From Promethearchaeota archaeon (GTDB lineage Archaea > Asgardarchaeota > Heimdallarchaeia > Hodarchaeales > Hodarchaeaceae), in the NCBI GenBank assembly GCA_048938105.1, contig JBHLMN010000023.1:40254-104253 (forward strand): a DNA stretch of 64,000 bases, written 5' to 3'. Position numbers and translations under genes: made by a program. The notes below the pieces were generated by a model. That model was not told the origin of the DNA. It saw only the letters and a list, made by a program, of their open reading frames with translations, and did no database searches. Below are positions 20,081 to 29,074 of this stretch, piece after piece; positions within the stretch are counted from its first letter, which is position 1; every line of letters begins with the position of its first letter.

Positions 20081-20707
20081 TTATCTCTCGTTGCCCCTTC
20101 GATTTAACATTGGGGCAATCAATCTAATAACTAAGAGTATGTCAAGAATTACAAGGGTAATAAGTAGAGTAATAGCAGCATAAAAATTAGCCAAAGAAAA
20201 ATCTTCTGGAGTTTCAATGACTGTAATCTCAACATTATTGCTGATTGTCTTAAATTTCGTAGGATTGAGTTCTGAGTCATAATACTCAACGAGTGCCGAG
20301 AATAAGTAATATGTACCTAGCGATTTTGCTGTAACTAAATAACTAAATTTACGAGTTTCATTAACATCAATTTGACCATAAGAGAGTTGTGTTAAACCTG
20401 ATACCTCAAAAACCCACGGTTGATTTAATTGATCAATAAAAGTAACATTGTAAGCTGTTTTGTTACCAAAGTTATTAATGATCACATTGACTACAAAACT
20501 CTCCCCTCTAACTACCTCAGTTTTATCAACGTTTTTTACAACAAATAATTTCGGGTAAATAAAATTTGTTTTCTCCACTTCTGCTGTTGAAGCCCTGACA
20601 TGTGTTGTTGTTTGATTTAGGGCAATACCAACAATATTCAGACTTACTACTGTTAAGAAAACAAAGCAAATCCGTTTTGTCTTACTATTCAATAATAAAA
20701 ACCCCAT
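20081..20707 (-). CDS. TRAP-beta (SSR2)-like single-pass Ig-fold membrane protein
   Basis: Signal peptide, PKLFVVK...INNFGNKTAYNVTFID...G.Y.L.SA.VEY Ig domain, C-terminal TM with basic tail. Confidence 0.65.
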   Translation of the reverse strand: MGFLLLNSKTKRICFVFLTVVSLNIVGIALNQTTTHVRASTAEVEKTNFIYPKLFVVKNVDKTEVVRGESFVVNVIINNFGNKTAYNVTFIDQLNQPWVFEVSGLTQLSYGQIDVNETRKFSYLVTAKSLGTYYLFSALVEYYDSELNPTKFKTISNNVEITVIETPEDFSLANFYAAITLLITLVILDILLVIRLIAPMLNRRGNER

Positions 20708-20823
20708 TAAGGCGCAGTTACACTCCTGTAGATTATCTTGTTAAAGATTCTTGTTTCTATTCTTTTTATCTTCAAATTTTCTTAACAAAACATTCTTGTT
20801 TTACTTTTTTCCTTTAACTTAAC

Positions 20824-21777
20824 ATGGCACATTCTTTATTTGAAAAGAGATTTCTGTTCTTTGGAGGAAAAGGAGGAGTTGGTAAGACCACCATGGCAGC
20901 TGCTACAGCTATAAGAGCGGCTGACCGTGAATATCGTACTTTATTAGTTTCAACAGATCCAGCTCATTCTGTCTCAGATAGTCTAGACCAACGAATTGGA
21001 GGGGAGACTTACACAAAAGTGAATAATGTCTCAAATTTATGGGCTATCGAGCTGAATACAGAAGAGGCTATGCGGAATTACAGTCAAATTGTAAGTCAAC
21101 AGGATCCTTCAGGAACTGTTTCAGAATTTCTTGGTGGGGATGATCCTGCTTCTTTATCCCCACCAGGAGCGGATGAAACAGTAGCATTTATACAGCTGTT
21201 AGAATATATTCAAAATCCTGAATATGATATAGTTGTATTTGATACAGCTCCAACTGGGCATACACTTAAACTGCTTCAACTACCAGAGATGACCCAAAGT
21301 TGGTTATATCGACTCATTAAAATGAGACGACGGCTAGGAGGGATGATGGCTGGTTTTAAAGCCATTTTTGGGGGAAATTCTGGTACAAGCGAACAAGAAG
21401 CCTTTGATAAGCTAGAGGAATTAAGAGACCAAGTAGAAATTGCACGAGTTCATTTAGCCAATGCAAAAGAAACAGAATTTGTTGCTGTTATGATTCCTAC
21501 TATAATGGCGATTTGGGAAACAGAACGTCTGATTCGAGCATTGTTTGAAGTGGCTTTTCCAATATCACAAATCTTTATCAATCAAATCCAGCCTAAAAAT
21601 CTAGAATGTGCCTATTGTAGAGCAAGATATGGGAGTCAACAGGAGAATTTACAAAAAATTCAGGAATTATACTCTGAATTTGACCTAATTGAAATTCCAA
21701 TGTTTGAATATGAAATTAGAGGTATTGAGCGCCTTCGAGAATTAGGTCTCTTATTGTACCAAGAAGATTCTAATTGA
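20824..21777 (+). CDS. Get3/ArsA-family ATPase (single domain)
   Basis: GKGGVGKTT, STDPAHS, DTAPTGHTL, ETERL, CAYC motif. Confidence 0.93.
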   Translation: MAHSLFEKRFLFFGGKGGVGKTTMAAATAIRAADREYRTLLVSTDPAHSVSDSLDQRIGGETYTKVNNVSNLWAIELNTEEAMRNYSQIVSQQDPSGTVSEFLGGDDPASLSPPGADETVAFIQLLEYIQNPEYDIVVFDTAPTGHTLKLLQLPEMTQSWLYRLIKMRRRLGGMMAGFKAIFGGNSGTSEQEAFDKLEELRDQVEIARVHLANAKETEFVAVMIPTIMAIWETERLIRALFEVAFPISQIFINQIQPKNLECAYCRARYGSQQENLQKIQELYSEFDLIEIPMFEYEIRGIERLRELGLLLYQEDSN

Positions 21778-21793
21778 AGAGAGATATTAGATA

Positions 21794-22378
21794 TTATCCG
21801 TCTTCGTCCCAACCTTTCTTAATTCTAGCAAAAGCCTCTTTAAGTTCCATGTTCATTTGAGCTTTTAAACTCATTGGAGAAGCTCTTGCTGGGGGAGCAG
21901 CTGGTTGTGGTGCCGGTGGTTGTCCGAAACTTGGTTGTGGAGCTGGAGATAAACCAGGTAGAGGGGGAAGACCTGGTGGTGCCGATGGAGAAGAGGGAGG
22001 AGAAGTCGGACTTGAGGGGGGAGCCGAAGCCGTTGCTGGAGTTGGGGGTGTTGGAAGTCCTGGTGGTACACTTGTTGTTGCTGGTGCTGGAGGTGGTACA
22101 CTTGTTGTTGCTGGTGTTGGAGGTGGTACACTTGTTGTTGCTGGTGTTGGAGGTGGTACACTTGCTACTGGTGTTGAAAGTGGTCTAGAAGCAGCTGTTA
22201 CACCTGGGTTTGTTGAAAGTTGATCTACTTTGATAGTTAATTCATCTAAGCTATTTGCTAAGCTATCTACAATCTCTGCGAGCTGAGACACAAAACCAAA
22301 GAACTTTTTTGTCACTTCAATTAATGTTTTTACATTCTGGGACTCATCATCACCAAAGAAATCATCTATGTTTTTCAT
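21794..22378 (-). CDS. Coiled-coil plus polyproline protein with C-terminal helix and Trp-acidic tail
   Basis: N-terminal heptads, about 90 aa Pro-rich region, tail SLKAQMNMELKEAFARIKKGWDEDG; AGGTG RBS before ATG 22378. Confidence 0.8.
   Translation of the reverse strand: MKNIDDFFGDDESQNVKTLIEVTKKFFGFVSQLAEIVDSLANSLDELTIKVDQLSTNPGVTAASRPLSTPVASVPPPTPATTSVPPPTPATTSVPPPAPATTSVPPGLPTPPTPATASAPPSSPTSPPSSPSAPPGLPPLPGLSPAPQPSFGQPPAPQPAAPPARASPMSLKAQMNMELKEAFARIKKGWDEDG
22062..22164. repeat. 30-bp intragenic tandem repeat (about 3.4 copies) encoding VPPPTPATTS
   Basis: GGTGGTACACTTGTTGTTGCTGGTG(C/T)TGGA x3 plus a partial copy. Confidence 0.95.
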
Positions 22379-22769
22379 AGACACCAAGAACACCTAATCA
22401 TTTAGAAGGCTGTTTACTAATTATTACTTTAATATAGTGACTCTACATTAATAATGAAACTTTTTTTTTGATAATTGCCCTTTTTAAGCCAGATAAATAA
22501 GCTTTAAGAGGAAATCTACGTAAGTAAGTCATCCACTATATTCATGGATATTTTGAGATTTCATTGTTATAAATAGTTCTGTTCCTTCTCTAGAGAAAAT
22601 AAGAATTTCTGAATATTTTAACTAGCGCTTAGCTATTAAAATCGTGTTATCTAAAATACAGATAGATATGCAAAGATGCAACTATATATGGATAATTCAA
22701 AGAAATATTGATTGAGATCAAAGAATTATGACTAGAAGAGCGATATAAGATAGGGTTCTTGTTCCACAA

Positions 22770-23633
22770 TTAAAAACTGGTTTTTTTTTGAAAATTTTTA
22801 ATATAATCAGTAATTAAGCAAACATCTTTGGTTGCTTTTATATCATGGGTTCTAATGATATGTGCACCATTCAGTATAGCTACTGTAGTTGCTGCTAATG
22901 ATCCCCATAATCTTTTTTCAGGAGGAACATTTAGAATTTTGCCAATGAAGGATTTACGTGATATTCCTACAAGAATACAATGTTTTAATTCACGAAGCTT
23001 GGCTAAATTAACGATTAATTTGTAATCGTTTTCTGTCTGTCGTGTAGTTACCCAACTACCTAAACCAGGGTCAATAATTATTCTCGATTTTTCAATACCT
23101 GCATTAACACCTAATTGGATGCTGTTACCAAGTTCAATAAGAACCTCTTTTATTGAAAATACATCCCCTGGGACTCGACGACAGGCCATTACAATTGCAG
23201 AGGCAGAATATTCAGAAACAACATACGGAAGTTTGGGGTCGGATTTAAACCCAGAAATATCATTAATAATCGTTGTACCTTGGGAGAGAGCATATTCTGC
23301 TGTTATCGATGATTGTGTATCAACTGAAATGGGGATATTCAATCCCATCTCATTGTAAACCTTAAAGAAATAAGAAAGACGATCTATTTCGGTGGATTCA
23401 GAAACTTTTTCCTTACCTTTATATAGAAAAGCTGGGGCGCTGGAAATGGCACCTATGTCAATGAAGTCTGCCCCTCCCTCAATTATGTGTTCTAAATAGA
23501 ACCGAATCTCATCTTCAGACTGTTTAATGCTTCCTTTAAAGAAAGAACTTGGTGAAAGATTTATAATTGCCATAAGATGGGTTCTAACACGATCACCAAC
23601 CTCTATATTACCTAATCGTCCTTTTATTAACAT
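22770..23633 (-). CDS. folP: Dihydropteroate synthase
   Basis: MAIINLSPSSF, DIGA.S, ISVDT, INDISG, IDPGLG, SRKSF, IRTHD. Confidence 0.93.
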   Translation of the reverse strand: MLIKGRLGNIEVGDRVRTHLMAIINLSPSSFFKGSIKQSEDEIRFYLEHIIEGGADFIDIGAISSAPAFLYKGKEKVSESTEIDRLSYFFKVYNEMGLNIPISVDTQSSITAEYALSQGTTIINDISGFKSDPKLPYVVSEYSASAIVMACRRVPGDVFSIKEVLIELGNSIQLGVNAGIEKSRIIIDPGLGSWVTTRQTENDYKLIVNLAKLRELKHCILVGISRKSFIGKILNVPPEKRLWGSLAATTVAILNGAHIIRTHDIKATKDVCLITDYIKNFQKKTSF

Positions 23634-23646
23634 ATTTCCTTACCTT

Positions 23647-24456
23647 TTATTGCTTCATTTTAGATTTTCTTTTGAACCAAAGGGGCCCCATGTAAATACA
23701 ATTGTTTGGGGGAATTTTCATGGTTGAATTGTATTTCTCGCTCTCTCTGGTCTCTTCAAAAGTGATCTCTTTGCATCCACGGGCTATAACTACTGGGACT
23801 CTTTGGTTTGTCTCCCCCATTAAAATTTCAGCCCCACTAACTAGGTTATCAGCAATTGCACGTGAGGTAATATTCATGGGTCGGCCATATAGGTCTGGGG
23901 TCCCAATGTCATCGATTATAGGTCTAAATCCCGATATAGCAAGGGCAAAACCCGAAGTTCCTCGTCTTAAAGGATGCGTCTTTGAATCAGCGATTATAAT
24001 TCCAACATTTTTTCCAGTTATTGCATTGATCTCTTTACGTATTCTTTCTGCAGTTTTAACAGGATTTCTGGGCAATACAATCAAGAATTCATTACCTCCA
24101 GCATTACTTTGATCAACACCTGCATTAGCTTGAAGAACATTATTACGTAAAGCAAGAACGGCACCTGGTACAGCACCTAGAACTTCATCTGCCTCTTGGA
24201 ATACTACTTCAACAAATCGGGGATCAAGTCCAGTAGTACTTGCAGCAATTCTTGCTTCTTGTCGAACGTTAGTGATACTGTTTAAGTGAAGTTGACAGCC
24301 TTCAATAATGGATATAACTTTGCTTGCAATGATAACTATATCATAATCCTGTAACTCGACCTTATTGACGTTTATCGCTTTTATCAAAATATTTGTAATA
24401 TCTTTGTCAGATGCATTAATAAGGGGGGTGCGAATCCCAAAGAATTCGATTTTCAT
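23647..24456 (-). CDS. cofE: CofE-family gamma-glutamyl ligase
   Basis: ASKVISIIEG, NAGVDQSN, IADS..PLRRG, DLYGR, MGE. Confidence 0.88.
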   Translation of the reverse strand: MKIEFFGIRTPLINASDKDITNILIKAINVNKVELQDYDIVIIASKVISIIEGCQLHLNSITNVRQEARIAASTTGLDPRFVEVVFQEADEVLGAVPGAVLALRNNVLQANAGVDQSNAGGNEFLIVLPRNPVKTAERIRKEINAITGKNVGIIIADSKTHPLRRGTSGFALAISGFRPIIDDIGTPDLYGRPMNITSRAIADNLVSGAEILMGETNQRVPVVIARGCKEITFEETRESEKYNSTMKIPPNNCIYMGPLWFKRKSKMKQ

Positions 24457-24598
24457 ATTATTTCATTCCCGTATTTTTCAATTGGAAGTGACTAGATATG
24501 ATTGATCAATTTAATGAGCTTCATTTCAATAAGATAACAGGCAATCTTTTAAATTTGAGATTGATGTATTACAATTACTCAGATATCAAAGTTAATTT

Positions 24599-25366
24599 TT
24601 GATAAACGGAGAAATTATGATGGTAATGGAAGATCGTGCAAAATTTGGGATTCCACTGCTTGATGATGCCTTGGGTGGAGGAGTTCCTCGGGGGTCTATC
24701 ATCCTTGTTGAAGATGAAGTTGGTATCAATACAGAGCATATTTTAGTTCAATTTCTTTCTGAAGGCTTAAGAACTGGTGAATATGGGTATATATTATCCA
24801 CAGAACACTTATTTTCCCACTACTCCCCATTATTTGTACCCTATAATATCTCAGAGGTCACTTTTGAAACAAAACGGTTAGTTTTTTTGGACGCATTTAC
24901 TAATCCTTTTGGTTATGCCGAAGGAAGACCAGGTACAACAGGAGAAAATGTCATCCGAGATATTACTCAGCCTCGCCTTGTGACTGATCAAATCCGTCGT
25001 TCATTATTACATGTCCGATCTCAACCGATTCGTGGTGTTCTTGATTCTTTAACAACAATTCTATTGGTTTCTGATTCATTAAAAGCACCCATGGCTTTCT
25101 TACAACATAAAATTGCTACTGATAAAGAGATGGGTGTTGTTAGTATCCTAACTTTGCATCGTGATGTTCATGAAGCGAGAATTATTCAAGCGATAGAACA
25201 TTATAGTGATGGAGTTATTAGATTGGAGAAAAGAATCCAAGAAGAGAAAGAAGAGGAAGTTTTACAAATTAGAAAAGTTCCAGGAGTGGCGTTAGCAGAA
25301 CTCGAAAACACTGAATTTATTTTTCGGCCGACACCTGGTCATATAGAATTATCACCTTCAATCTAA
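24599..25366 (+). CDS. KaiC/RAD55-like RecA-fold protein with degenerate P-loop
   Basis: FGIPLLDDALGGGVPRGSIIL, VLDSL, DGVIRL; Walker A replaced by EDEVGINT. Confidence 0.82.
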   Translation: MINGEIMMVMEDRAKFGIPLLDDALGGGVPRGSIILVEDEVGINTEHILVQFLSEGLRTGEYGYILSTEHLFSHYSPLFVPYNISEVTFETKRLVFLDAFTNPFGYAEGRPGTTGENVIRDITQPRLVTDQIRRSLLHVRSQPIRGVLDSLTTILLVSDSLKAPMAFLQHKIATDKEMGVVSILTLHRDVHEARIIQAIEHYSDGVIRLEKRIQEEKEEEVLQIRKVPGVALAELENTEFIFRPTPGHIELSPSI

Positions 25367-25410
25367 GCAGGTTCTTAAATAAAATTGCAATCGTTAAGTG
25401 AGAGGTTTTT

Positions 25411-25629
25411 ATGGCTGCGAAAAAAAAGTTCTGTGATGTTGAGGGTTGTTCAAACTTAACAAAAAAGACTGTTTCACGAGAACTAGCGGGAGATGCGCTT
25501 AAACAGGCAAATTTAACACTTGATATCCGAGATAAAGTAAATAAAGTTCATCTCTGTGCTGATCATTACCGAAAAATCAAGAAACAACTGAAAAAAGATC
25601 GAAAAATTGAACGGTTACGATGGGGTTAA
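25411..25629 (+). CDS. Small basic Zn-binding protein
   Basis: CDVEGC...LCADHY, GAGG RBS, C-terminal KIERLRW. Confidence 0.75.
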   Translation: MAAKKKFCDVEGCSNLTKKTVSRELAGDALKQANLTLDIRDKVNKVHLCADHYRKIKKQLKKDRKIERLRWG

Positions 25630-25632
25630 TTT

Positions 25633-26544
25633 CTAAAGGAATTTTATCTCCATGGCGTCTTCAGGACAGACCGCAACGCAATCCATGCAATTAGTACAAT
25701 GTGGACTCCTCACTTTCTCTGAAGGATGAGAGAGAATCCTGACACCCATTGGACAGACATCCTCGCAGAATCCACAATGATTACATTTCGATATATTACG
25801 CCCAATTCCTAGTAATGAATTTTTACCAAGATGACCCATAATTGTCCCTACAGGGCAGAACCAACGACACCAGCCTCTAGGGATATAAATAACAAGGATT
25901 ACAGCAAAAATAAAGATAAAAATGCGTAACCAAAAGATGATGTCAATTAGAATAAACTTATCCCAGATGAAGAAATTTTCAATTCCACCCCACCAAAACA
26001 ATAAGGGTATAGCAGTGAACAAGAACGCTGATGGACTTAAAACTGCCCATGGTTGATCGACAAACACATCAAAAGCAGCTTCAACAGTTGCTTTCTCACC
26101 CAAGGCAACATTAACCCCAATAAAGGTTGATAAGAGTAATGTTGCCCCTGTAATAAATTCACCAAATTGTCTTAGATTAAGGTTTGTCTCTCTTGTAGGT
26201 TCGTATTTTCTGATCCATGAAGTAAGATACCCTAAAATGTCTTGGAACAAACCAAACGGACAGGCCCATGCACAAAAAAACCTACCAAGAATGGCACCAG
26301 AGAGAAAAAACACAGCAAGAGGAATTAAAGGGACAATAGCCATCGTTAACATCCTTTGTAAAAGGAAAAAGGCCCCTTCAGAGCTTGAAAAGAGTGAACG
26401 GGGCATATTTACAGGTAATACCAGCCAAGTTGCACCAATAAGGAAAAATGTGAGGTTCATTAAAACAAACATGATAAACTGGACGAAAGTTCGCAATAAG
26501 CGGAGTTTTGTCAGATTCGTCTTTTTTTTCTTATGCCACGCCAT
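25633..26544 (-). CDS. NapH/MauN-like membrane 4Fe-4S protein
   Basis: GRFFCAWACPFG, RGWCRWFCPVG, two CxxCxxCxxxCP ferredoxin motifs. Confidence 0.9.
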   Translation of the reverse strand: MAWHKKKKTNLTKLRLLRTFVQFIMFVLMNLTFFLIGATWLVLPVNMPRSLFSSSEGAFFLLQRMLTMAIVPLIPLAVFFLSGAILGRFFCAWACPFGLFQDILGYLTSWIRKYEPTRETNLNLRQFGEFITGATLLLSTFIGVNVALGEKATVEAAFDVFVDQPWAVLSPSAFLFTAIPLLFWWGGIENFFIWDKFILIDIIFWLRIFIFIFAVILVIYIPRGWCRWFCPVGTIMGHLGKNSLLGIGRNISKCNHCGFCEDVCPMGVRILSHPSEKVRSPHCTNCMDCVAVCPEDAMEIKFL

Positions 26545-26553
26545 TTAAATCAC

Positions 26554-26745
26554 CTAAGGAATAGGAATTCCAGCTTTCGCGCTTTTTGTTATTTCTGAAA
26601 TGATTTCTGGAATTAATTCGAATTGATTTGTAGAAATAGCAATGGCTAATAAGATGATGCCTAAACTAAACGCTAGAAAAGCTTTTGCGTTGCTTCTCAT
26701 AATGATATTTCCTTTGTAATTATGGTCAATAGGAAGCAAAATCAA
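26554..26745 (-). CDS. Small single-TM protein
   Basis: Hydrophobic stretch, co-oriented between GGR and NapH-like gene; start probably ATG near 26700. Confidence 0.5.
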   Translation of the reverse strand: MILLPIDHNYKGNIIMRSNAKAFLAFSLGIILLAIAISTNQFELIPEIISEITKSAKAGIPIP

Positions 26746-26851
26746 GTTCTGACGTAGAACTGTGCATTTACGTTCTCTTCATAAATCCTTACATAAACAA
26801 TGACAACGGCTAATGCAAAGATCAATTTTGTTAATAATTAAGAAGATTTTG

Positions 26852-28075
26852 CTAAAAACCCCAATCTCGACTCTTACTGAACCCATGAGCGATAATTCGT
26901 GCATCACTAAATTTTTTCAGCATAGAGGGCGATAAAAGAGCTTTTAAAAGTAATCGTAACTTTTGAAACGTGTTAAGATTAGTGATATCCCAACCATCAA
27001 CCCATGAGCCAAATATTTCGATATCATTAGCTGTAAACTTGTTATACAAAATCTCATGAGCTTGTTGAATAATCGGATCCGTATACGGGTATATTTGAGA
27101 ATTTTTTTGATATTTACTCATTTGTTGTTCATTGAATTCTCCAACTTCATGAGCTTCGACCGCGTTTAGTCCAGCAAGCATACCTGAGTGAATTCCTATC
27201 GAAATCCCCCCATAAAAAATAGAGTTTGTCATCCCTGCTGCGTCACCTGCGACCATGAAATTATTGCTGTATCTCTTAGGAATAGGTCCACTAGCAGGTA
27301 TAATCCCAGCTATCTTTTGTATTATCTCTTCATCTTTTATATTCTTGTACCCTATGTATTTAATGAATTGATTCAAAATTCTCATTGGTTTAGATGCTGG
27401 TTCAACTACAACCCCTACGTTTGTATGATTTTTTTTAGGGAAAGACCAACCATAATGCATTTTTTCAAAAAGCTGCCGATTGAAATAAAAATCAAGAGCA
27501 TCCGTGTGTACTCCTTGAATTTTATATTCTACACCTTGTACATATTTTATGGGAGGTTCCAATCCCATCATTCGAACACTGTGAGCAGAAGGCCCGTCAC
27601 ATCCTATGACAATGTTCGCCTCATAAATTCCATTTGTAGTTTTGACCTCTAATCTCTCATTCATCGGATTGATTGCAATTACTTGAGTTCCTAGAAGTAG
27701 TTCTGCGCCTAAATTTTGAGCTGTATTAGCCATAATTTGATCAAAAAGAGGACGATTAATGGTAACAGTATTTATACTTGCTGTAGCCACTCCCTTTATC
27801 CCAAAAAAGAAACGTTGAGCATTGACCACTCTTTCAAGAAAGGATTCATGTCGTTGGAGACTTAAGATCTGATCATTAATCTGAGAATCTATTTTAGGCA
27901 TATTTTCTAGCGAAAAGAGCTTTTCAGCTGAAATTCCTTCTCCACATGCTAGTGGATAGCCTATTTTTCTGTGTTCTTCAATAACAAGAGTAGTTAAACC
28001 CTGCTTAGCGGTTGTAGTTGCTGCAGATAACCCTGTGGGACCTCCTCCAACAATAAGAATGTCATAAACGGTCAT
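26852..28075 (-). CDS. Geranylgeranyl reductase family FAD oxidoreductase
   Basis: GGGPTG, PLACGEG, NRPLFD, GCDG, WSFPK, AGDAAG. Confidence 0.9.
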   Translation of the reverse strand: MTVYDILIVGGGPTGLSAATTTAKQGLTTLVIEEHRKIGYPLACGEGISAEKLFSLENMPKIDSQINDQILSLQRHESFLERVVNAQRFFFGIKGVATASINTVTINRPLFDQIMANTAQNLGAELLLGTQVIAINPMNERLEVKTTNGIYEANIVIGCDGPSAHSVRMMGLEPPIKYVQGVEYKIQGVHTDALDFYFNRQLFEKMHYGWSFPKKNHTNVGVVVEPASKPMRILNQFIKYIGYKNIKDEEIIQKIAGIIPASGPIPKRYSNNFMVAGDAAGMTNSIFYGGISIGIHSGMLAGLNAVEAHEVGEFNEQQMSKYQKNSQIYPYTDPIIQQAHEILYNKFTANDIEIFGSWVDGWDITNLNTFQKLRLLLKALLSPSMLKKFSDARIIAHGFSKSRDWGF

Positions 28076-28213
28076 ATTTCTGCAACTCTGACTTTATATA
28101 CATAATACAGGGATTCTAGATCATTAACAATAATATGAAGCAAGACATAATTGTATTACCAAAAGCTGGTATTTCAAGAAAAAGGATTAATCAAAAAATA
28201 ATTCAGTGAAAAT

Positions 28214-28546
28214 ATGGGTTTTTTTGTGTCATATACACCGATTAGAGTAGGAAAATGTTCAAAAAAAGTTCAGGGAAAAATCATTGTTAAATTAGAAACT
28301 AAAAACCTTCCAAAAATCGGAGCCCGTGTGAAAATTCAAAGAAATGGCCATTTTAAGACAATTGGCGGGGTTATCGAGGTTATTGGATCAACTCGAAATC
28401 CATGGATTGTAATTTCAGCCTCCCCAAGCTCGTTCAACATAGTTCAGTATGATGAAAATATATTTACAGAGGAACGATCTCAACGAGAAAAAAAGAAGAA
28501 AAAAAGGAAAGTCAAAAGACACAAGAAAAAAGAAGCTGATATTTAA
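28214..28546 (+). CDS. gar1: H/ACA RNP protein Gar1
   Basis: PKIGARV...[15 protein letters not shown] beta-barrel pattern, basic tail, upstream of rps8e. Confidence 0.75.
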   Translation: MGFFVSYTPIRVGKCSKKVQGKIIVKLETKNLPKIGARVKIQRNGHFKTIGGVIEVIGSTRNPWIVISASPSSFNIVQYDENIFTEERSQREKKKKKRKVKRHKKKEADI

Positions 28547-28637
28547 AATCATAAAAAGTACCCCAATTACAGCAGTAGTCAGCAAAAATTTTAATCTGAC
28601 TGACCTTATTTATATAATATTTGAGGAGAGCTATTCG

Positions 28638-29018
28638 TTGGCAAGATCACAAAAGAGATCAGTACGGAAACCGAGTGGCGGACGATATCATGTTGCTATC
28701 AAAAAGAAGAAACGTGATCTCGCACGACCAGCCGCACATACAATGCTTGGGGAAAAACGAAAAAAAATTGTACGAACACGAGGAGGGAATCGAAAAATTA
28801 GATTGTTAAGCTGTCAATATGCCAATATATCCTCTATAGAAAAACGAACTGCAAAAAAAGTAGAAATTGAAGATGTACTTGAGAATCCAGCAAACAGGGA
28901 TTTCGCGAGGAGGAAGATCATTACAAAAGGAGCAATAATTCGCACGAAGAAGGGAAATGCGAGGGTAACAAGTCGCCCTGGGCAAAACGGAACTGTGGAC
29001 GCAGTTCTAATAGCATAA
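28638..29018 (+). CDS. rps8e: Ribosomal protein eS8
   Basis: [33 protein letters not shown]; GAGGAG RBS before TTG 28638. Confidence 0.97.
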   Translation: MARSQKRSVRKPSGGRYHVAIKKKKRDLARPAAHTMLGEKRKKIVRTRGGNRKIRLLSCQYANISSIEKRTAKKVEIEDVLENPANRDFARRKIITKGAIIRTKKGNARVTSRPGQNGTVDAVLIA

Positions 29019-29074
29019 TACACTCTTTCCTTCAAGCTGACGATCATATATTTCCAATAGGAATTGTCTGGGAT

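Noticed and set aside
22062-22164. Possible CRISPR array
   Set aside because: Contiguous in-frame tandem units, no spacers, no cas genes
21871-22188. Poly-Q (HLQHQQQQVY) and LLLVLEVVH repeat ORFs
   Set aside because: Alternative-frame and antisense readings of the 30-bp repeat in the Pro-rich gene
28449-28637. N-terminal extension of eS8
   Set aside because: Overlaps gar1; RBS and homology support TTG at 28638
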